Shown: piece by piece, positions 55,153 to 64,000 of the stretch
Layout: each line of letters opens with the position of its first letter
How positions within the stretch are numbered: position 1 is the stretch's first letter
The notes under the pieces: generated by a model
Seen by the model: the letters and a program-made list of their open reading frames with translations, nothing else
Told to the model about the DNA's origin: nothing
Databases searched by the model: none
NCBI RefSeq assembly: GCF_009914755.1
Contig: NC_060932.1
From: the human T2T-CHM13v2.0 reference genome, Homo sapiens
DNA: 64,000 nucleotides
Direction: 5' to 3' (one strand)
Position numbers and translations under genes: made by a program

Positions 55153-56057
55153 AGGGGGCAGGAAAATTTTACGTATTACTTAACTGAGTAGACTGAATAC
55201 AAAATTCAAAGTTCCTAAGGGGGCTGCTTTGTGAAATACTGTGCTGTGATATACACATCATTAGAGATGAGAAAACTTTAGATTCATCAACAATTTAGAG
55301 AACTATTTCTAAAGATAAATCCTTTGAAGATAATGTCTTTATGAACAGGTTTCTTGGGAAAAAAATAAAGTTGTCAAATGCCAGTGTAGCTTTTATTATA
55401 CATATATAGAGAGACAGCACTGATGATTTCAGGAAATAACACAAACACACATGCAGTCAGTGAGAATTCTGTCTTGTGGAAGATGATATTGATGCTGTGT
55501 GCAGCCCGCTAATAAAACACTCAGTTGTGATTAGCAGAAGAGCTGACCAGAGTATAAAGTTTCTTACATGAATTTTTGTAAAAAACTAAAAACAAAACAA
55601 AACAAAAAATGCTTTAGAGTGCTTGGCAACAAATGAAGTCATTCATATAAAAACCATACTAGGGGCTTCAAAATGTAAAGAAAGAGGGATAAATGTTAGA
55701 GAGGTGGTACTTCTTGGCTGCTAATGGAGAAAGTCTAGTATGACTTTACAAGTCAATAACAGCAAATAAAAATTACTGGGCTAATTTTAGTGAACATCTG
55801 TGACTGGAGTCCACTATTTTGGCAGAAAAAAGGGCAGGTATTTGCCTTCTGAGAACTCTGGCACGTGAGCGGCACACATTCACCTACATTCAGCCAATCA
55901 AAAGCGTTCTCCTAGCATTGCTTTAGTCTGAATGTATCATAAAGCAACAAGAATAGTTCAAAATCTATTCTGCATGTGGTAGCAGCAGCAGTAGCCTGCA
56001 TACAGTAATAGAGGTGGGAACAATGGGGCCAGTAGCAATTTAAAAACTGTCTGCTCA

Positions 56058-56270
56058 GGAGGCCAAGGTTGGAGGATCACTTGAGGCTGGGAGTTTGATA
56101 CCAGCCCTCACAGCATAGGGATACCTTGTCTCTTAAAAAATAAAAATAAAATAAGCTAGTCAGGTGTGCTGGCATGAGATTGTAGTCCCAGGAGGATGAC
56201 TGGGAGAACCACTTGAGTTGATGAGTTCCAGCCAACAAAGTCAGACCTTGTCTCTAAAAAATAAATAAAT
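56058..56270 (+). mobile_element. Degraded, 5'-truncated AluJ-like element
   Basis: ggaggccaaggttggaggatcacttgagg...tgtagtccca...agaccttgtctctaaaaaataaataaat. Confidence 0.85.
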
Positions 56271-56277
56271 AGTAGTA

Positions 56278-56447
56278 ATATTCCTTTGGGTATATACCCA
56301 GTTATGGGATTGCTGAGTTAAATGGTAATTCTGATTTTAGGTCTTTGAGGAATCACCACACTGCTTTTCACAAGGATTGAACTAATTTACACTCCCACCA
56401 ACAGTGTGTAAGTGTTCCCTTTTTCTCCACAACCATGCCAGCATCTG

Positions 56448-56482
<35 letters not shown>

Positions 56483-57960
56483 TAATAATATCCATTCTGA
56501 TTATTGTGAGATGGTATCTCATTGTGGTTTTGATTTGTATTTCCGTACTGATCAGTTATATTGAGCTTTTTTTCATATGCTTGTTAGCCTTATGTGTGTC
56601 TTCTTTTCAGAAGTATCTGTTCATGTCCTTTGCCCACTTTTTAATGGGGTTATTTTTTTTTCTTATGAATTTAAGTTTCTTATAGATGATGGATATTAGA
56701 CCTTTGTCAGAGGCATAGTTTGCAAAAATGTCCTCCCATTCTGTAGGTTGTCTGTTTACTCTGTTGATAGTTTATTTTACTGTGCCAAGCTCTTTAGTCA
56801 ATTTTTGCTTTTGTTAAAATTGCTTTCGGCATCTTCATCATGAAATCTTTGCTTGTTCCTATGTCCAGAATGGTGTTACCTAGGTCATCATTGAGGGTTT
56901 TTATAGTTTCAGGTTTTACATTTAAATCTCCAATCCACCTTGAGTTGATTTTTGTTTATGATATATGGAAGGAGTCCAGTTTCAATTTTCTGCACATGGC
57001 TAGTGAGTTATCTCAGCATCATTTAGTGAACAGGGAATTATTTCCCTATTGCTTGTTTTTGTCAGCTTTGTTGAAGAGCAGATAGTTCTAAGTGTGTGGC
57101 CTCATCTTCGGGTCTCTATTCTGTTCCATTGGTCAATGTGTCTGTTTTTGTACAAATACTATGCTGCTTCGGTTATTGTGTCCCTTCAATATAGTTTGAC
57201 GTCAGGTAGCGTGATGCCTCCGGGTTTGTCCTTTTTGCATAGGATTGCCTTGGCAATTCAGGCTCTTTTATGGATTCATATTAATTTTAAAATACTGTTT
57301 CTCTAGTTCTGTGAAGAATGTCATTGGTAGTTTGATAGGAATAATATTGAATCTTTGGGTGGTATGGCCATTTTTATGATACTGATTCTTCCTATCCATG
57401 AGCGTGGAATGCTTTTCCATTTGTTTGTTTCATCTCTGATTTCTTCAAGCTGTGTTTTGTATTTCTCCTTTTAGGGATCTTTCACCTCCTAGTTAGCTGT
57501 ATCCTAGCTGTTTTATTCTTTTTGTGGTAATTTTGAATGGGATTGTGTTTGTGATTTGGATATGAGCTTGGTTGTTGTTAGTCTATAGGAATGCTAGTAA
57601 TTTTTGTACACTCATTTTGTATCCTGAAACTTTGTTGAAGTTGTTTATCAGCTGAAGGAGCTTTTGTGCTGAGACTATAGGGTTTTCTAGATATAGGAAC
57701 ATGTCATCTGCAAAGAGTGATGGTTTGACTTCCTCTTTTCCTATTTGGATGCTCTTTATTTCTTCTTTTGCCTGATTACTCTGGTCAGGACTTCCAATAC
57801 TATCATGAATAGGAGTGATGACAAAGGGCATCCTTGTCTTGTGCTGGTTTTCAAAGGGAATGCTTCCAGCTTTTCCCCATTTGGTATGATATTGTCTGTG
57901 AGTTTGTCATAGGTACCTCTTATTATTTTGAAATATGTTCCATCAATAACTATTTTACTG
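56278..57960 (-). mobile_element. L1P inverted segment (ORF2 RT to C-terminal region, disrupted)
   Basis: ORFs 57583-57831 ([15 protein letters not shown]) and 57756-57965 (TRQGCPLS) are L1 reverse-transcriptase motifs with frameshifts. Confidence 0.97.
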
Positions 57961-58465
57961 ATCATTCTACCTTAAACACATATCAATGTTCATTGCAGCA
58001 CTATTTACAATAGCAAAGACATGGAATCAGCCTAATTCTCACCAACGACAGATTGGATAAAGAATATGTGGTACATATACACAATGGAATACTATGCAGC
58101 CATAAAAATAAATGAGATCATGTCTTTTGTGGGAACATGGATGGAGCTGGAGGCAAACTAATGCAGGAACAGAAAACCAAGTATTGCATGTTCTCACTCA
58201 TAAGTGGGACCTAATGATAAGAACTCATGCACACAAAAAGGGAAACAACACCCACTATGGCCTACTTGAGGGTGGAGGGTGCAAGGAGGGATAGGATCGG
58301 AAAAAGTAACTGTTGGGTACTAAGCTTAGTATCTGAGGGACAAAATAATCTGTACAACAAACCTCCTTGACATGAGTTTACCTGTATAACAAACCTACAC
58401 ATGTACTCCTGAACCTAAAAGACAAAATTTAATTAATTAATGAAAATGAAAATGAAAATAAATAG
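57961..58465 (+). mobile_element. L1P (L1PA13-16-like) 3' end, sense segment of the same insertion
   Basis: atgttcattgcagcactatttacaatagcaaagacatggaa...gagtttacctgtataacaaacctacacatgtactcctgaacctaaaa, then A-rich tail. Confidence 0.95.
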
Positions 58466-58576
58466 AACACTAAAAACACAGTCAGTGGAATCATTTTGCT
58501 TGTGGTTCTAACCAACCAACTTCCTTTGATTTCTGAACATTTTCAAGCCTGAATCACCTTTATTCTCATTGATTCC

Positions 58577-58737
58577 TTTTTTGAAAATTTTTACATTTTT
58601 AATTTTTGCAGGTACATAGTAGGTGTATATATTTAGGGGATACATAAGATATTTTGATACAGACACATAATGTGTAATAATCACAGCAGAGTAAATGGGG
58701 CAGCCATCACCTCAAGCATTTATGCTTTCTTTATGTT
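58577..58737 (-). mobile_element. L1MA2/3-like 3' terminal fragment
   Basis: ggtacatagtaggtgtatatattta...gatattttgataca...ccatcacctcaagcatttat. Confidence 0.88.
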
Positions 58738-60649
58738 CTGTGAACCACACATCACTTATATATTTAGGTTATTTTCTGCTCAAGATATTCAGAGTCATTT
58801 TCTATTATTTGCCATTCAGTATCTTGACTGCAACCCACAAACAATACCCAATACTGTGGTGGATACAAACTGTCCTAGTTTCCAGTATGAGCCAAGTCCC
58901 TAAAGAACCATATGATTCTTTATTATTCTGAGCTTCTTAAAGTTTAGAGTTATCACTTACCATAATTTTTGCTTTTTACAGTCTGAGAGCACATTCTGAT
59001 GTTTAATAAATACATCTTGAATGAAAGAATAAAGTAGGTATTTTATACCTAATTTAATAGAAGTTTTATTCTCACAGAGTTAAAGAACAAAAGCTATTTT
59101 ATGGAACACGCTAATCCCACTATCAGGAACCTATAGGAAGAATTATTTGATCCCATTTGTAAGAATTGAACACATGAATGTTAATGGTACAAAAGTGGTA
59201 CGCAAATTCATGCTTTTTTGAGGACTGTCCTTTCTAATGATTTTGATTCCTTTTGCTAATATTATAATAAGTAATAATAAGCATTCAACTTATTTGCCAA
59301 AGTAGATATAAATACTTTATTAGAATATGTCATCCAACGAAGATTTTGAAATATGTAAGAGTGAAATGAGAAGTCCTTGGCCAAAATAAATCGACTAGTC
59401 TTTATAAATTCTCAATCTACCAGAGCCTTGGCTGATTGAGAAACACAACTGCCATTGTAAAAATCTCCAAAAAAGACTGTGATTTCCATTTTCTTTCCTT
59501 GCAAACTGGTGGACTCAAATAAGCAGAATAGAATGAAGCAAGGTAACATTTTCCGAAAGTGAAAAGCTTCTAGAGTTATTTGAAGAATAAGTAAGTCTGT
59601 TTACAAGAAAAATGTACCATACATAATGTGTTTGCTTTAAAAAGCCCTTTGTAAAGGTGACACACCAAAGACCATTTAAAATCTAAGTCATTGTAAGATA
59701 GCTTATGTTGTCATGAATAGAAAATTGACTTATACTCAAGGAACAAGGGCAGGCACTTCTTTGAAAGAAAAAATTTGAACTAAGGCTCAGTACTTGGAAT
59801 AGTTTTATTTTACATTTTTACAAAACATCTGACAGTGCTTGACCAGTAAAATTTGTAATTTAGCAGATAATACTAAGGATTTCCAGGTATGTCAGAAATA
59901 TTTCAAGTGGATCTGAGTGAAGAAATAAAATTGTATAGAAGTTTTATTGTCAGCAAATACAAGATAATGCTTTAGAAGAAGGTTATATGTATGAGCCCAG
60001 AAAGGTTACCACTTACCTGCCTGTAGCAGAGGCAATTACTAGCACCAGAAAGAATGGGTAAGAGAAAGACAGAAATCTGTGTTATGGGAGGCTAGCAAGT
60101 ATAAGGCATGACATCTCCCATTGAGGAAGCAGGGTACTTGGCAAGTTGTCAAAACTGAGCCTCAAATTACTGGAATAAAAGAAATTTGATTACTAGATGG
60201 AACAGGGATTAGAAGAGTAGTCAAATCAGAGGAGAAATAGGCCAAGTCAAAGCAGGACTCCCTGCAGATTCTCTTGACCCTGATGTTCATGAGTTTCTTA
60301 ATTTCTTCTACATTGAGGGTATTTTCCTGTCTTTCTGATTAAAGTTCATATTAGTTTCTGACCTTGGGGGTCAGCTGGATTCTGCAGTTCCACATCATTC
60401 ACTCCGGCAAAGGAGAGAACTTGTAACAAAGATGAGTGCCAAGTTTAGTCAATTTACCCTACCTGGAATACTATATACAACTCTGGGTCTCATGTGTGTT
60501 AAAATACATACAGTGAAGCTGAGGAAGAGCCACTGAAGTAAAAAGTATTGTTTACAAGTTGGAAAGGATGTAAAAATAATCTAAAGTATACTAAGTCAGG
60601 AATAAAAGGCAGAGTTAATAAAATTGTGGCTGGTACTGATAGACTAAAC

Positions 60650-60830
60650 AGATATATTTTCTAAATCCTGGAATAATTATTAAAAAATTTTACATGTATC
60701 AATGGATTCCAGACTCCATATTTTAAGTATCACAACTAGTGTAATTTAAAAGTATAGTTTATTGAAGGTCTGGAGTCTGAATAAAGTACCCCAAGTGAGT
60801 CTTGTGAGAAGGTAAGTTTGGAACACACTG
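60650..60830. mobile_element. MER5-like hAT relic
   Basis: Internal inverted motif ccagactcca/tggagtctg; terminus aagtttggaacacactg. Confidence 0.45.
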
Positions 60831-61965
60831 ACTTACAAATTTTGTGCTTAATTTATGGATTTTGTGGCCCTCAAAATATCATGTGGGCTAAACAAAAGAA
60901 TCTTGAAGAATTTAAAATAAATCATGTCCAAAATGAGTTGTCAAGAGAAACTGAATATATTCTTTTGGTAACAGCCTTAACATTTTGAGGAGATATCATC
61001 AAAGGTTAACTGTTTTTTTTTTTTTTTTTTTTTTTCTTAAACTGATCCCATGAGATCAGTTTTCTTTTAGATGATACCACTTTCATAGCCTGAGGCAATT
61101 AAAAATGTATGCTTATTTGTTCTCTAGTAGGTAGAAAGTTAAGTCCTTAGGAATAGGTTGTGCTTTAGTGTTCTTGAACATGTGAGAGTGTCCTTTTCTA
61201 TACTAATATTTCCCAAAGAAGACTCAGTATTTTATCCACCCACTCTGCTCAAATACACCCCATGCATCTTAGGAACTAGGAAAATAGAGTGATTTTCATG
61301 TAAACCATTGAAAATTCAGAATGAATACCTCCAAACAAATGTCAGAATTACACATCCATAAAACCAGTGTTCACTGACCTTAGGCTTAGCTTAGAGTTCT
61401 GCAAAGTTTTCAAGATACAAATAAATTATAATTATCAATATTAATAGAGTTGTCAATGTTCACCATCATGAAGAAGTAAATAATAGATTGTGAGAATGAT
61501 ATGTGAAATTTTCCTATGATTTATTTAAAGAATTTAACAAAGCAATGAGATTACTGGCTAGCGCTCTTGAAGTCATGTTTAATATAGTTGCCTCTTTCTA
61601 GAACACATGCTCTTCAATGTTTCCTTGGATAGATAAACTACGTTTTATTCTTTGATTTTCCTTAAACAACTACAATCAAAAACAGATATCCACTTAATTG
61701 TTTTACCTTCAAGGTAACATTTATGCTTATATCCGTTTATGCCTTCTTAATTCTCTGCAAACTATAACACATTTTAATGTGTGCCAATAAAGTTATAAGG
61801 TCAGCCATTTGGAGCTATCTCTGGTGCTTTGAACTCACAGTATCGAAGTAAGATTGGGCATGGCTTGCTATATTTAATCTTTTCAATATATATAGCTTTT
61901 GAGTTAGACAAACTCTTATTTCCAAAGATAAATGTGCATTTGAGAGTTTAATTATGTATTTCTTA

Positions 61966-62030
61966 ACATTTCATGTATTTTAGGCATATATGAATAATAC
62001 ATTTCATGTATTTTAGGCATATATGAATAA
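61966..62030. repeat. Tandem duplication of a 33-bp unit
   Basis: acatttcatgtattttaggcatatatgaataa(t) x2, 32 bp identical. Confidence 0.95.
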
Positions 62031-63204
62031 ATAATATATGTACATTTAAAGTTCAATTTCATAGAAACTAGTATACCCCTGAAAACAATAGATGTGTCTA
62101 GGAGACAGAAGAATTGTCCTTTGTAAAATTTCGCTACAGTTGCAGCAAAGTTATTTGTTGATAAATGAGAGAAACAGACTACTCATAAACTATGGCCTTT
62201 GTAATACTGAACAGAGTCTAGAATTATGATAATCATATGGTTTCCGCGAGATCTAGCTGATATGCCTTTTTGAGATGATAACTTCTGTCCTTGAGACACT
62301 TCACTTTTTTTTTCACTTATCTCCAGCATTGAATAAAGCCCCTCTTTTCCCTGTTTTGAGTTTGTTATCATATGTGTCACATGATTACTATCATAGTTTA
62401 CTGCTTCACAAGAATTCATACAGTTTTCCTATATTTTGGGTGCTTACCACATCCCAGACCAGGTGTTCTAGTTCCGTATTTCTATATTTTCTCCTTTACA
62501 GTGAACCATACTTGGCTTTCAAGTTCCATTTTGCTCTTGGAACCTGCCTGTTCTCAGTCCCTGCTTTGCTTTTGGTTGCTGCCACCTGTTTCTCAGATGC
62601 AGCTCCATGTTCGACAGCCTGTGGATATATCCCAACTACTTCCTTATTTAGATCAGGCTTCAGCCTAGGAGAAGGAAATTTAGATTTGAGCAGAACATTT
62701 AAATAAAGTTCAAATTGTCTCCAAGGGTTATAATTATAAAGAAATCTTACTGTAGGAGGCATTGGGAAGATACAATTTTAGTAATCTTCCAATGGATTGG
62801 TTCATCTTAATTATTTAATTGTATTTCTATCAATAATAGCAGTGGCAAGAAAAGTAATAAAATTAGGCCTAGATCGTTTTTCACAGGTTTAAATGCAGTG
62901 GTTTATGTTCCCTTGACTGATTGTACAACTTCAGTCACATATGGTGAGGTCAATATTTATTAAACTATGCATCCAAGTGTTTGTGAGTAAAAATGTAGTA
63001 CTTTCTAGCATTCATATTACTATGATAGTATGCTTGGAGATATTTTTGATATCAGCTTTGATAATAAATTTTATCTGGAATAAACCTAGCGAAACTTTTT
63101 AAATCCCTAAAGATGATAGCATATAAAACAACAAATAATATTTAAACTGCACTCTCATTTCCACTAATAGGGTGGACCAAGTTTCTTGACTGCTTCTTCC
63201 ACTA

Positions 63205-63248
63205 AAAAACAAACAAACAAACAAAAAACAAAAACAAAAACAAAAAAC
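63205..63248. repeat. (CAAA)/(CAAAAA)n repeat
   Basis: aaaaacaaacaaacaaacaaaaaacaaaaacaaaaacaaaaaac. Confidence 0.9.
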
Positions 63249-63617
63249 TAAAAGAAGAGATAAAATGTAAAAGCATCCAAACATATAGAAGTGCAAACAA
63301 GAGAATAATCATCTAGGCCAAAATATAAATGCGGGCAGGAATTGAGTGAGAAAAAATTGCTTTTATCCTAAGGACATATGCCAAATCTGGAAACATCTTA
63401 GCTTTGGTTTCTCTCAAGCTCAAAAAAAAAAAAGAAAAAAACTGTACTCCTTTAAGATCTATAAAAATATGCTGTTTTAATACTGTTTCATTAAACATCA
63501 TAATAGTTAGACTATTATGATGACTAACCTGATTTCACAGATGTTTGGCTATTGTGTTTTATCACCCATCAGGTGATAAGAAACTTTAATGGTGGTAGAC
63601 TATATGCTTCTCAAAAT

Positions 63618-63643
63618 TGTGTGTGTGTGTGTGTGTGTGTGTG
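63618..63643. repeat. (TG)n microsatellite
   Basis: tgtgtgtgtgtgtgtgtgtgtgtgtg. Confidence 0.95.
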
Positions 63644-63659
63644 GTGTACACATTTTCTT

Positions 63660-63800
63660 AAACTGTAGAAAGAGCATGCGTTTTGGTTTCAGACCTGTGT
63701 TGGAATTCTGACTTTCCTTCATTTGATGTGATGCAGATTATTTAATTCCTCCGAAGACTTGGTTTATTCATCTGCAAAATGGGGAGAAAGATACCTATGT
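63660..63800 (+). mobile_element. MIR
   Basis: agaaagagcatgcgttttggtttcagacctg...ttcatctgcaaaatgggga. Confidence 0.8.
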
Positions 63801-64000
63801 CCCAGGTTCCCTCACTCCTCACATCCAATCCATTATTGAGGCCTGTCATTTCTTCTTTGAAAAAATATATAATAGGCATAATATTTCTGAGATGTAAGCC
63901 AACCAATGTATTTTCTTTCTTGGAAATTTCTGGTCCCTAGTTGTCTCATCAGTCTATATCAAGAGCCACCCCTGGTAGACCTTCATTGGAGAGTTAGTTT

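Larger units (their letters stand above)
55785..58835 (+). mobile_element. LTR33-like ERVL LTR split by nested Alu, L1P and L1MA insertions
   Basis: 5' part: acctacattcagccaatca...aatctattctg...ggtagcagcagcag. 3' part: ttttctgctcaagatattcagagtc...tcttgactg. Resembles recalled LTR33. Confidence 0.5.

Noticed and set aside
57583-57965. Reverse-transcriptase-like ORFs (FADD, RQGCPLS) as a novel RT system
   Set aside because: They are frameshifted L1 ORF2 remnants in a truncated, inverted dead element.
62275-62706. Longest ORF in the window (143 aa)
   Set aside because: Leu/Ser/Phe-rich composition reflects pyrimidine-rich DNA, overlapping frames are also open, and there is no recognisable domain or splice structure.

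Overview
Primate (very probably human) AT-rich, CpG-depleted intronic or intergenic DNA. I see no credible protein-coding gene, RNA gene, CpG island or CRISPR array. The ORF track is mostly Alu/L1/LTR read-through or chance ORFs. The recognisable content is transposon fossils: nine Alus, several L1 fragments, MaLR (THE1/MST/MLT1), ERV1 and ERVL solo LTRs, hAT/Tigger DNA-transposon relics, and MIR/L2/L3 remnants, plus microsatellites. Subfamily names come from recalled consensus sequences and need Dfam/RepeatMasker confirmation. I could not support a new multi-gene biological system. The most notable structures are a twin-primed (5'-inverted) L1 nested in an Alu tail inside an LTR33-like element, a 22-bp-arm fold-back hairpin beside telomere-type repeats, and a short insertion in an old L1 that matches a site 1.17 kb away. 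Also notable are two closely spaced inverted Alu pairs (one with an A51-expanded linker) and a CpG-retaining CTCF-like site.
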